Assembly (NCBI GenBank): GCA_964438075.1
Contig: CAYTIW010000003.1
Coordinates: forward strand, 16,734-79,766
DNA: 63,033 bases
Direction of reading: 5' to 3'
From: an uncultured Planctomycetales bacterium
GTDB taxonomy: Bacteria > Omnitrophota > Gorgyraeia > Zapsychrales > Fredricksoniimonadaceae
In this document: piece by piece, positions 25,339 through 34,385 of the stretch
Layout: each line of letters starts with the position of its first letter
How positions within the stretch are numbered: the stretch's first letter is position 1
Notes under the pieces: model-generated
Told to the model about the DNA's origin: nothing
The model's database searches: none
What the model saw: only the letters and a program-made list of their open reading frames with translations
Program-made: the position numbers and the translations under genes

Positions 25339-27087
25339 ATGCAATCTTACGATATCTTGGACAATAAGATCATCCTGCGTACCCACGACCGTTTTTGCGA
25401 GACGCCGGAGGAAATAATCGAAAGTGATCTGTTCCGGGGGATAGTGACCGCGGCTGTCGGGAAGCTGTCTCGCCGGAAATCGATCCTGATGGATGTCTTT
25501 GGCAAGACCTCGGCGACCGAGAAAGATATCGACACGTTCATAGAAACGGTCCGTTTCCTGTCCAAGATGCCGGGCGAGCTGGTCCCTAATGTGGTACCGG
25601 GCGCGGACACGCTCCTCAAGTCACCGGCACAGTTCAATGACCTGATCGAGTATATCTATAACTTCTGGCGCAGCTTCGACCGTTTCATGATCTCCGATTC
25701 GCAGGGCAAGGACCGTGACCGGCGCCCTTACCGCACGTTCAATGAGACCGTCGGGCAGTTGACAAACCTCATACGCCAATTGTACCGCGACGTGCAGGAG
25801 AACGTTACCGGCCGTCACCCCAGGATCTTCCGGCAGGTGGCCTCCGGGGCAGAGGTTTCCACCATCGCGGTTTCGCGCAATATCCCGCTTCCGTCCGAAT
25901 ATCAGTTCCTCAACCAGGTGCCGGTCATACGCCAGATGCTGCTTTTCCCACCGCTGATCCTGACCCCTCCCATGAACAAGCGCTCCGGACGTTTCGAGCG
26001 GGTCATGGAAAACCCCTTGAAGGGGGTCCATTTCAATCCGCAGGAATGGCTCTGCTACCCGGCGAAAGTTGGCGAACTGATCGTGCTGGTCTATTTCCAT
26101 TACAGTTTCGCCGAACTGGGGCATTCCATGTGCAACCTTTTCCAACTGGCCGAAGACGAAGACCTGGCCCGCATTCCGGACGCGGTCTACTGTTACGGTC
26201 TGCCGGAGGAATCGGTACAGCGCTTCAATGCCGGCCCCACGATCTTTTTTGATGACGAGAAGAACAACATGATGATAGGGGCGGTCCCGCTCAAGAACGA
26301 GCTGGGATATTTCGGCTACCTTAAGAAAATGGTTCTGACCCTGCATAATATCATCATGATGAAGCGCGGTATCCTGCCTTTCCACGGGGCGCTGGTCAGG
26401 ATGATCCTGAAAGGCAACTTGGACCGGACCATACTTTTTATGGGGGACACCGGGGCCGGCAAGTCCGAGACCCTGGAGGCCTTGCGCGGTATCGGCGACG
26501 AAGAGATCCAGGACCTCATAATCGTAGCGGACGACATGGGGTCCGTGCGGATAGCTGCCGACGGCAAGGTGCTGGGCTACGGGACCGAGATCGGGGCTTT
26601 TCTGCGTCTGGACGATCTCCAGCCCGGTTACGCCCTGGGACAGATCGACCGCGCTATCATCATGAGCGCCAACCAGGTCAACGCTCGCATCATAATCCCT
26701 GTTACGACCTACGATCAGGTCATCAAGGGCGAAAAGGTGGATTTCATCCTCTACGCCAACAATTACGACATGATCGACGAAGAACATCCGATCGTGGAAC
26801 GTTTTACGGACATTGACCGCGCGCTGAGCGTTTTCCGGGAAGGCACTGCCATGAGCAAGGGCACTACCACCTCCACGGGGCTGGTCCATTCCTATTTCGC
26901 CAATGTCTTCGGCCCGGCACAGTACAAGGAACTGCATGAGCCTTTGGCCCGACGTTATTTCGAACATTGCTTCCGGACCGGGGTATTCGTCGGCCAGGTC
27001 CGCACGCGGCTGGGGCTGGCCAACTTTGAACGCAAGGGGCCGGAAGATGCCGCCCGCGAGCTATTGAGGATCATCCAGCAAAAATAA
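25339..27087 (+). CDS. Uncharacterised 582-aa protein with an HPr-kinase/PEPCK-like P-loop
   Basis: ILPFHGALVRMILKGNLDRTILFMGDTGAGKSETLEAL resembles the HprK C-terminal domain P-loop (G-x-S/T-G-x-GKSE). The N-terminal ~330 aa have no recognisable motif. Confidence 0.5.
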   Translation: MQSYDILDNKIILRTHDRFCETPEEIIESDLFRGIVTAAVGKLSRRKSILMDVFGKTSATEKDIDTFIETVRFLSKMPGELVPNVVPGADTLLKSPAQFNDLIEYIYNFWRSFDRFMISDSQGKDRDRRPYRTFNETVGQLTNLIRQLYRDVQENVTGRHPRIFRQVASGAEVSTIAVSRNIPLPSEYQFLNQVPVIRQMLLFPPLILTPPMNKRSGRFERVMENPLKGVHFNPQEWLCYPAKVGELIVLVYFHYSFAELGHSMCNLFQLAEDEDLARIPDAVYCYGLPEESVQRFNAGPTIFFDDEKNNMMIGAVPLKNELGYFGYLKKMVLTLHNIIMMKRGILPFHGALVRMILKGNLDRTILFMGDTGAGKSETLEALRGIGDEEIQDLIIVADDMGSVRIAADGKVLGYGTEIGAFLRLDDLQPGYALGQIDRAIIMSANQVNARIIIPVTTYDQVIKGEKVDFILYANNYDMIDEEHPIVERFTDIDRALSVFREGTAMSKGTTTSTGLVHSYFANVFGPAQYKELHEPLARRYFEHCFRTGVFVGQVRTRLGLANFERKGPEDAARELLRIIQQK

Positions 27088-27122
27088 CGATGGGGCAGTG
27101 AGTTTCTTTTTCTTCCCGCAGC

Positions 27123-27150
27123 TTCACCTCTGTCCGATTTGTGCTAGAAT
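27123..27150 (+). promoter_or_regulatory. Candidate sigma70 promoter (extended -10) for the dsbA-like cluster
   Basis: TTCACC (27123-27128), a 16-nt spacer ending in TGC, then TAGAAT (27145-27150). It lies 40 nt upstream of the ATG at 27190. Confidence 0.4.
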
Positions 27151-27189
27151 AGCGCCAATCGACCGGATCGACCCTTTTACGGAGTTGAC

Positions 27190-27807
27190 ATGAAGATAAT
27201 CAAATGGCTGGTGACCATTCTGGTCATTGTGGGCTGCGTGGTAGCGGTGAAAGTCGTAAAACACAGATCTTTCAAAGCGCGCCTTAAGCCGGCGCCGGTG
27301 AAGGTCGGGGCTAGGATCAAAGGCGCGGTGGATGCCAAGCTCAGGATACAGGAATTCACCGACTTCCAGTGCCCTTCCTGCAGCAAGGTCCTGCCGGTCA
27401 TGGATGATCTGCTGAAGAAGTACAACGGCAGGATAAGCTTCCAGCATAAATATTTCCCTTTGCCCACGCACAAGCATGCCACGAAAGCTTCGATCTATGC
27501 CGAATGCGCTTCGGGCCAGAACAAGTTTTGGCCCTATCACGACCTTTTATTCGGCAAGCAGGCCGAATGGAGCGACCTGGATGACCCATCCGGATATTTT
27601 GAAGACCTGGCCATGCAGGTGAACATGAACATGGACAAGTTCAAGGCATGCCTGTCCGGCAAGGAGGCGGGCAAGAGGGTCGGATCGGACAAACTGGACG
27701 GGGAGATATTGGGGATCAGGGCAACGCCAACTTTTGTTATCGAGGGTAAACTTTTTGTCGGGGGCCAGAATCTGAAGAACGAACTGGAGTCCCGCCTGGA
27801 CAAATGA
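27190..27807 (+). CDS. Membrane-anchored DsbA-family thiol:disulfide oxidoreductase
   Basis: N-terminal TM anchor, the thioredoxin-fold active site FTDFQCPSCSKV (CxxC), and a DsbA-like C-terminal part (..GIRATPTFVIEGKLFVG..). Confidence 0.8.
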   Translation: MKIIKWLVTILVIVGCVVAVKVVKHRSFKARLKPAPVKVGARIKGAVDAKLRIQEFTDFQCPSCSKVLPVMDDLLKKYNGRISFQHKYFPLPTHKHATKASIYAECASGQNKFWPYHDLLFGKQAEWSDLDDPSGYFEDLAMQVNMNMDKFKACLSGKEAGKRVGSDKLDGEILGIRATPTFVIEGKLFVGGQNLKNELESRLDK

Positions 27808-27819
27808 CGGGGGTGCCGG

Positions 27820-28257
27820 ATGTTTTGGTTGAGGCTTCTAACTGGGGTGGTATTTGCGGTATCCGGGTTCGAAAAGGCTGTTGGGCCGTCGGGGAACTTC
27901 CTTTACGTGATCCAGCAATATCAGGTGCTACCCCTCAATCTGGCCAAGATAGTCTCGGTGACTTTCCCGTGGATCGAAATGGTCGTCGGTGTCTTTCTGG
28001 TCCTGGGTTTATGGCTGCCGGAGATATTGTTGGTTTCCGGTCTGATGTCGATAGGGCTGATGTCATTGGTCGGGCAGGCGATCATACGCAAGCTGCCGAT
28101 CAATGATTGCGGATGTTTCGGCGATCTGGTCCACCTGCCGTTGACCTCCGTCATTTTTATCGATATGGCGATGGTGACAGCCGTTCTGGTCTGCGGGCGC
28201 TACATGGAGGCTGCTTCGCGGTTCAGTCTGGATAATCTGTTTGCGGAGAAGGAATGA
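27820..28257 (+). CDS. MauE/DoxX-family membrane protein
   Basis: Four TM helices and the characteristic ..INDCGCFGDL.. motif. The gene starts 12 nt after the DsbA-like gene. Confidence 0.7.
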   Translation: MFWLRLLTGVVFAVSGFEKAVGPSGNFLYVIQQYQVLPLNLAKIVSVTFPWIEMVVGVFLVLGLWLPEILLVSGLMSIGLMSLVGQAIIRKLPINDCGCFGDLVHLPLTSVIFIDMAMVTAVLVCGRYMEAASRFSLDNLFAEKE

Positions 28258-28320
28258 AGCCGGAAAGGCAGGCTGGGTCCCGCCCCCGGATTCAGACAGT
28301 TTACCGAGGGGAGATGCCCG

Positions 28321-29880
28321 ATGGATATTGAACTTCTTGTTGCCCGGTCCAAAGTTTTTGTCACGGCTTTCAGCCTAATCTTTTCTATGGTCTTTATGTC
28401 ACCCATTTTTGCCGACGACAACTTGAAGAAACCTAACGTGGCCGGCGCATTCTATCCGGGCAACGCGAATGAATTGTCCCGGAATGTGGAAGAGTATCTG
28501 AATTCAGCCGGGCAGGTGGCGACCAGCGGGCCGGTAGGCGTGATCATTTCCCCCCATGCCGGTTATGTCTATTCGGGCAGCGTGGCGGCATACGGGTATA
28601 AGGCCGTTTCCAAGCAGGACGTCAAGACCGTCATAATCTTTTCCCCCAGCCATTATTTTCCCTTTGACGGTGTGGCGGTCTGGGCGGCGGGATCGTTCAA
28701 AACGCCCCTCGGCCAGGTTCAGGTGGACGAGGAAATGGCCCGGGAATTCATGGCCCAGGACCAGCGTTTCAAGTTCGACCGCACCGTCTTTGAGCGCGAG
28801 CACGGGATCGAGACGCAGTTGCCTTTCATACAGAAGGTCTTCCCGGAGGCGAAGATCGTTCCGGTGATCTTCGGGCAGCCGAACCTGTCGGTGGCCGAGG
28901 CGGTCGGCCAGGCGTTGGCCAAAGTTATCGGTCAGCGCACGGATGTCCTGGTGGACGTGAGTTCGGACCAGTCGCATTTCCACCTCGACTATGAGGCCCG
29001 CCTTATTGACCGGCGCGGCCTGGATGCCATCGAGGCGATGGAGATAGACAAGTTCTGGAACGGTCATGCTACCGGTCAGATGGAGGTGGACGCTTTTCAC
29101 GCTATCACGGCCGCCATGATCTACGCCCAGCAGGCGGGATATACCGAAGCCAAGGTCCTGAAGTACGCAACCTCGGCGGATAAGACAGGCGACCTGAGCC
29201 GGGTGGTAGGGTACGCTTCGGTGGCCTTCTCTCGACCGGCGGGTTCCCAACCATCGCCTGTCGCGGTGGCGGCGGAGGCCGCCAAGCCGCCTGCGCCCAA
29301 AGCCGCGGCCGGCGTGGCAGAACTGGGGGAGGGACAGAAGAAACGCCTGCTGGAGATAGCCAGGACAACTCTTGACAGCTTTGTCAAGACCGGCCGGGCC
29401 CCGGAGGTGACGGAGAACGATCCCCGTCTGCTCCAGGAAGAAGGCGCTTTTGTAACTCTTATGAAACAGGGACATCTGCGGGGGTGCATCGGCAACATCA
29501 TCGGCCAGGGGCCGCTGTTCCGTACCGTGCGCAGCATGGCCATAGCCGCTGCCTCGGAGGATCCGCGTTTCAATCCGGTGACAGAGGATGAGCTCAAGGA
29601 CATCGATGTCGAGATCTCAGTGCTATCTAGACCGCGTACTGTCTTGAACGCCGATGAGATCGTATTGGGAAAGCACGGTGTCATCGTGAGCCGCGGATAT
29701 TTCAACCGCGGTGTCTTCCTCCCGCAGGTCGCCACGGAGACCGGCTGGTCGAAAGAGATGTTCCTTTCCGAGCTGTGTTCCCAGAAAGCCGGGTTGCCGA
29801 GGGACTGTTGGAAGGACCCGGCGACCACACTGGAGGTCTTTACAGCGGAAGTTTTCGGAGAGAAAGAAGCAGGCCGCTAA
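28321..29880 (+). CDS. Fusion protein: N-terminal Memo-like (AmmeMemoRadiSam protein B) domain plus C-terminal AMMECR1 (protein A) domain, preceded by a signal-peptide-like segment
   Basis: Memo part: AGAFYPGNANELSRNVEEYL...ISPHAGYVYSG...SDQSHF. An Ala/Pro-rich linker follows. AMMECR1 part: GAFVTLMKQGHLRGCIGN...AAASEDPRFNPV. The N-terminus is MDIELLVARSK-VFVTAFSLIFSMVFMSPIFA/DDN. The RBS GAGGGGAG lies 7 nt before ATG 28321. Confidence 0.8.
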   Translation: MDIELLVARSKVFVTAFSLIFSMVFMSPIFADDNLKKPNVAGAFYPGNANELSRNVEEYLNSAGQVATSGPVGVIISPHAGYVYSGSVAAYGYKAVSKQDVKTVIIFSPSHYFPFDGVAVWAAGSFKTPLGQVQVDEEMAREFMAQDQRFKFDRTVFEREHGIETQLPFIQKVFPEAKIVPVIFGQPNLSVAEAVGQALAKVIGQRTDVLVDVSSDQSHFHLDYEARLIDRRGLDAIEAMEIDKFWNGHATGQMEVDAFHAITAAMIYAQQAGYTEAKVLKYATSADKTGDLSRVVGYASVAFSRPAGSQPSPVAVAAEAAKPPAPKAAAGVAELGEGQKKRLLEIARTTLDSFVKTGRAPEVTENDPRLLQEEGAFVTLMKQGHLRGCIGNIIGQGPLFRTVRSMAIAAASEDPRFNPVTEDELKDIDVEISVLSRPRTVLNADEIVLGKHGVIVSRGYFNRGVFLPQVATETGWSKEMFLSELCSQKAGLPRDCWKDPATTLEVFTAEVFGEKEAGR

Positions 29881-29904
29881 ACGGATCGAAGCAACGAGGT
29901 GATC

Positions 29905-30138
29905 ATGGCTCGCAAAGATAAGTCCAAGAAGTCAAAGAAATCGGTCGAACAAGCCAAGAGGCAGCTTTTTTCAGACCGCCAGAAGAGAGTACTGATCATA
30001 GTGATAATAGCGATGTTCATTATGGTCCCGATCGTGGATAATTTCCGTTGCAAGGCCGCGTGCCTGAAACGCATCAAGACGCCTTACCCCGAGATCGCCT
30101 GTCAGTTCGAGTGCCCCTGGCCTTGGGAGAGGAAATAG
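29905..30138 (+). CDS. Small (77 aa) single-pass membrane protein with a Lys-rich N-terminus and a twin-CX3C C-terminal tail
   Basis: ATG 29905 follows ACGAGG. The sequence is MARKDKSKKSKKSVEQAKRQ.., then the TM VLIIVIIAMFIMVPIV, then DNFRCKAACLKRIKTPYPEIACQFECPWPWERK. I recognise no homologue, so the coding status rests on ORF context only. Confidence 0.45.
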   Translation: MARKDKSKKSKKSVEQAKRQLFSDRQKRVLIIVIIAMFIMVPIVDNFRCKAACLKRIKTPYPEIACQFECPWPWERK

Positions 30139-30310
30139 GCCGGACCACGACAGGTTCGTAGCATAAGATCTGATCCTGGATTTTAGAGATTTGTTTTTAC
30201 GGAGGTCGCCGGTACCCGGAGTAAGATATACAGTGGTTCATTCCTGACCGGGTAACCGTCGGACTTTAAAGAATTTACAGTACACTATATTTTTCTGCTA
30301 AGGGCCCCTG

Positions 30311-31414
30311 ATGTCATCTTCCCGTACTATCTGGATCTTCACGCTCATCATTATATCCATCGGGCTGGTGGCGTTATACAGCGCGTCTTATGAGAACGTG
30401 CGGGTGTCGCAGAAGGTCTTCTATGACCAGGTGGCTTGCGCCCTTTTGGGGATAGGGGTGATGTCTTTCGTCAGCCGGATACACCACCGTCTTTTCTTCA
30501 ACGTGGCCTACCCGCTGTACGCGGTCAACGTCATCCTTCTGCTGGCGGTCCTGTTCGCCGGGCGCTCGGCATTGGGGGCCACCCGCTGGTTCAATATCGG
30601 CGGCATCAGCTTCCAGCCTTCCGAGTTGTCCAAACTGGCGATCATCTTGATGCTGGGCCGCTATTACAGCTCGCGCAACCCGAAGCTGTCTTTTGATTTC
30701 CGGAGCACGTTCCGTTCGTTCAAGCGGGACCTGCTATATCCTTTCTTCTTTATGCTTTTATCGTTCGGGCCGATCTTCAAACAGCCGGACCTGGGCAGTG
30801 CGCTTCTGGTATTCGGGATCTTTCTGGTGATGCTGTTCATGAGCGGTATCGAGATCAAGCCTTTTCTGGCCTTCCTGGGAGTGTGTATCGCCGCCGTCCC
30901 GTTGGGCTGGCATTTCTTGAAGGATTACCAGCGGGACCGGCTTCTGGTCTTCATGAACCCCAATACCGACCCCCTGGGGGCCGGTTATACTATCATACAG
31001 TCGCGTATCGCCGTGGGGTCAGGGCAGATGATAGGGAAAGGCTGGCTGGCAGGGACACAGAACCAGCTGAATTTCCTGCCCGAACGCCACACGGATTTCA
31101 TCTTTTCCGTGATAGGCGAAGAATGGGGCTTTTTGGGGTCGGTGTTCCTGGTGGTCTGTTATTTCGCCCTCATCTACACGGGGCTGCAGATCGCCCAGCG
31201 GACCAAGGACCGGTTCGGCCATTTTGTGGCCATCGGCATCGTCTCGATCCTGGCCCTGCAGGTGGTGATCAACGTGTCCATGACCATTGGCCTTAGCCCG
31301 GTGGTCGGCATCACCCTGCCGCTGGTAAGCTGGGGGCGGACGTCGTTCATGGTCTTCATGGTCATGATGGGGATCCTGCTGAACCTGAGCAACCGGAAAT
31401 CGTTCGGGGTGTGA
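30311..31414 (+). CDS. rodA: FtsW/RodA/SpoVE (SEDS) family peptidoglycan polymerase, RodA-like by size
   Basis: 367 aa with about 10 TM segments. SEDS motifs are present: GATRWFNIGGISFQPSELSKL, LPERHTDFIFSVIGEEWGF, PLVSWGRTS. Confidence 0.75.
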   Translation: MSSSRTIWIFTLIIISIGLVALYSASYENVRVSQKVFYDQVACALLGIGVMSFVSRIHHRLFFNVAYPLYAVNVILLLAVLFAGRSALGATRWFNIGGISFQPSELSKLAIILMLGRYYSSRNPKLSFDFRSTFRSFKRDLLYPFFFMLLSFGPIFKQPDLGSALLVFGIFLVMLFMSGIEIKPFLAFLGVCIAAVPLGWHFLKDYQRDRLLVFMNPNTDPLGAGYTIIQSRIAVGSGQMIGKGWLAGTQNQLNFLPERHTDFIFSVIGEEWGFLGSVFLVVCYFALIYTGLQIAQRTKDRFGHFVAIGIVSILALQVVINVSMTIGLSPVVGITLPLVSWGRTSFMVFMVMMGILLNLSNRKSFGV

Positions 31415-31519
31415 CGAACAGCGTAGCGTATTTTAGATCCGCTCCGGTCGGTACGGTTATCTAACGAACGGCACAAGAAACTTAGGGGAAGAATTGTTTT
31501 AGAAATAAGGATGGCCTAG

Positions 31520-32038
31520 ATGCAATTATCAGATAAGAATGTCATGGCGATACTGTGGGGCGTGATCGCGACATTGACGGTAGCCCTGAGCATTCTTGTC
31601 TATATCCATGCCGACCGTTCGAATTATCCTGTGCGGAGGACCGTGGGTTGGGTCGAAGCGGACAATGTGGCGTGGAGGGTATTGAACTTGTCGGCCGGGG
31701 TAAAGAGCCAGGACTTCAAGCTTTTCCACAACCGTTCCTGGCTGGATATACACGCGGTGCTGAAGATCGAGAACGATGCCGGGGCCGGAAAGGCTCGTTC
31801 TGCCTGGCTAAAGGAGCTGCAAATAAGCCAGCGTTACATCCTGGAGAACGGTAAACATGTGGCCTTGATCGAGATCTCGCCGGTATTCGTGCAAAGGAAT
31901 AAGGCCGGCAAAAGCATTTCCGAAGTGTGCGATATCAAGCTGCAGGAACCTATCGAGAACCGGAAACTGGGATCGAATTATTATCGAGTTCAGATCGGTG
32001 AGAAAGCGGTCGACGTTGAGACATATCAGGCCCAATAG
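31520..32038 (+). CDS. Hypothetical membrane-anchored protein
   Basis: One N-terminal TM (VMAILWGVIATLTVALSILVYI) followed by a soluble domain with no recognisable motif. Confidence 0.4.
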   Translation: MQLSDKNVMAILWGVIATLTVALSILVYIHADRSNYPVRRTVGWVEADNVAWRVLNLSAGVKSQDFKLFHNRSWLDIHAVLKIENDAGAGKARSAWLKELQISQRYILENGKHVALIEISPVFVQRNKAGKSISEVCDIKLQEPIENRKLGSNYYRVQIGEKAVDVETYQAQ

Positions 32039-32068
32039 GGAATTTTATACGATAATAAGGAAAAGGTT

Positions 32069-32986
32069 ATGAGAGCAAATATTATGGCCAGTCCGAAAGC
32101 ATGGATCGGCTTGTTCCTGGGAGCGGTGCTGGCACTGGTCTTCTTTATCAGGGTCCCGTACTATTTTAAGCCAGTGCTCGGGGAGAGGGCCGCGGACGAT
32201 CCCTGCCGGGCTTCCCAGGACGGTGGCAAGGTGAAAGAATATTATCCGGACGGGAAACCGCGTTCCGAGAGGGATTGCAAGAACGGCAGGACCGACGGAG
32301 CCCTCAGGCAATTCTACCCTGACGGCACGCTCCTGATAGAGGAGACCTATGTCAGCGGCAAAAGGCACGGGCTCCGCCAGGAATACTATCCGGGAGGCCA
32401 ACCCAACCGCATCATGCACTTCAGGTCCGGACGCATGGACGGGATCTACCGCAAGTTCAACCAGAACGGGAAAGTGGCGTATGAGACCCTGTGGAGGAAC
32501 GACCGGCAGACCAGCGATATTTTGAAAGAATATAAGTACTATCCGAACAATAACGTGAAGACTGAATATATAATGCAGGTGGAGCCGGGGAAGTCAAAAG
32601 GCAGGGCGTACTTTCGGGAATTCTTTGAGAACGGCCGCTTGAGCAAGGAATACGTTTTTACCAGCCGGGGAAGGGTGTCTTTTTACAAAGAATATGATGC
32701 GGCAGGCACTTTGGTGGTGGACCAGAGGGGAGGTTTCACCGGAGTAAGGAAATTGTTCTATGATAACGGCCGGCTGGAAAAAGAGGAGCGTTACGAAAAG
32801 GGCGGTCTGGTGGAAGCATCTGATTATGATTCCTATGGACAGCTGCAGATCAGGCTAAGGGGCGGTTTCCTTTTGGGCTATAACAGGAGCGGAGAAGTGG
32901 TCTTTGAAAAGGATGTCAAGGGATGGGACGTTGACAGGATAGCGCGCGAGTACTCCGATCTGGAAATGAATTATGTATTTCAATGA
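32069..32986 (+). CDS. MORN-variant (YwqK-type) repeat protein, N-terminally anchored
   Basis: N-terminal TM, then repeated Y-[YF]-P-[DGN]-G-x..-G-x-x-x-G units (KEYYPDGKPRSERDCKNGRTDGALRQFYPDGTLLIEETYVSGKRHGLRQEYYPGGQ..). Confidence 0.65.
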   Translation: MRANIMASPKAWIGLFLGAVLALVFFIRVPYYFKPVLGERAADDPCRASQDGGKVKEYYPDGKPRSERDCKNGRTDGALRQFYPDGTLLIEETYVSGKRHGLRQEYYPGGQPNRIMHFRSGRMDGIYRKFNQNGKVAYETLWRNDRQTSDILKEYKYYPNNNVKTEYIMQVEPGKSKGRAYFREFFENGRLSKEYVFTSRGRVSFYKEYDAAGTLVVDQRGGFTGVRKLFYDNGRLEKEERYEKGGLVEASDYDSYGQLQIRLRGGFLLGYNRSGEVVFEKDVKGWDVDRIAREYSDLEMNYVFQ

Positions 32987-33104
32987 TGTGCACGGCCGTC
33001 GGGGTCAGGGGCCCCGGATTGAGATGATCCTGAAAGTGTTATACAATGTGGGTATAGTTCGTAGGTGTTATGGGTTGTCCCATAAATAAAGGTCGGGAAA
33101 ACGC

Positions 33105-34385
33105 ATGTTAAAAAGAATCTTAATTCTTTTAATGCTATGGGGAGTATGGCCGTCCGCCGGCTTTGCGTCCGAAGCCCGCAGCTCCCTGGCGGAAAATCTC
33201 TTCAAGCAGTACTCGCCTGGCATCTACCAGGTCCAGACCATCAGCACCCATGCCGGAAAGAAGAATTCCCTCGGGTCGGGGTTCCAGATCTCCCCGGACG
33301 GTTACGTGGTGACCAATTACCACGTGGTCTCCAGCGCCGTGCTTTTCCCGTCCCTGTACCATATCCGTATCATCCGGGCGGACGGCAACGAACAGGCCGC
33401 CCGGATCGTGAACTTCGACGTGGTCCATGACCTGGCTATCATCAAGGTCGGCCAGACCCAAGGCGTGGTTCTGCCTCTGGGTTCATCGGAGATAAACAAG
33501 GGCAGGAAGATCTTTGCCTTCGGTAACCCCATGGATTTCGGCATGACCATCGTCGAAGGCCTGTCGAACGGTTACATGGACAAAGCCCTCTACAAAAAGG
33601 TCCTGACCAGCCTGGCGCTCAACCCCGGCATGAGCGGCGGCCCGACCCTGGACGAGTCCGGGAACGTGGTGGGGGTGAACGTGTCCACCGCCGGGAATGC
33701 CATCGGTTTTGTGGTCCCGGTGGAATTCCTGAAAGAATTGTGGCGGGAAGTGCAGGCCAACGAGAAGCCGCTGGCATTGTCGTCCACCGACAAGGTGCAG
33801 CGGCAACTCATCGATCAGGAAAAGTCCTATTTCAAGAAGCTGCTGGAAGGAAAGTGGGACAAGCAAAAATTCGGCGACTTCTTGGTCCCGACCACCATCA
33901 CGCCGGAGTTCACCTGTTGGGGGGAGCAGCAGGAGCATCCCGAGAGCTGGCTCATCGTCCCCTATCTCGAATGCCGTCTTAAGGACGACATCTTTGTCTC
34001 GAATTCCATCCAGACACACCAGGTGATCTTCAATTATTCCTGGCTGCAGAGCCGGGGAAATGACTGGTGGCGTTTTTATACGTTGGCCGATAACCAGCTG
34101 AGCGACGGGTACCGGTTCGATCTGCGGGACGTGACCGAATCGGACGTGGAGAATTTCAAATGCTCTGCGTCTATCGTGAAGATAGACCGCAAGCCGTTCT
34201 GGGTTTCGACCTGTGCCCGGCAGTACAAGCGCATGACCAGCCTTTATGACATAAACGTGCGGATGGCCTCCCTGGGAGGGGCAAAGACCATGCTGCAGGT
34301 GGAACTGACACTGGGCGGCGTGACCAAGGAGACGGTGAAATCTTTCATGGATAAATTCTACCGGGAAATCAAATGGGCAAAATAG
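33105..34385 (+). CDS. Secreted trypsin-like (S1C-type) serine protease with an uncharacterised ~210-aa C-terminal domain
   Basis: Signal peptide. Catalytic residues sit in the expected order: GSGFQISPDGYVVTNYHVV (His), HDLAIIKV (Asp), NPGMSGGP (Ser). No PDZ-like sequence is evident. Confidence 0.75.
   Translation: MLKRILILLMLWGVWPSAGFASEARSSLAENLFKQYSPGIYQVQTISTHAGKKNSLGSGFQISPDGYVVTNYHVVSSAVLFPSLYHIRIIRADGNEQAARIVNFDVVHDLAIIKVGQTQGVVLPLGSSEINKGRKIFAFGNPMDFGMTIVEGLSNGYMDKALYKKVLTSLALNPGMSGGPTLDESGNVVGVNVSTAGNAIGFVVPVEFLKELWREVQANEKPLALSSTDKVQRQLIDQEKSYFKKLLEGKWDKQKFGDFLVPTTITPEFTCWGEQQEHPESWLIVPYLECRLKDDIFVSNSIQTHQVIFNYSWLQSRGNDWWRFYTLADNQLSDGYRFDLRDVTESDVENFKCSASIVKIDRKPFWVSTCARQYKRMTSLYDINVRMASLGGAKTMLQVELTLGGVTKETVKSFMDKFYREIKWAK

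Noticed and set aside
25621-26967. 448-aa minus-strand ORF
   Set aside because: It lies entirely antisense to the 582-aa + strand gene. Its translation is Arg/Gly/His/Val-rich low complexity, typical of shadow frames in GC-rich coding DNA. It has no motif and no RBS context.
28504-29475. 323-aa minus-strand ORF inside the Memo-AMMECR1 gene
   Set aside because: It is a shadow frame of a well-supported + strand CDS with no independent coding signal. The same applies to 29121..29828.
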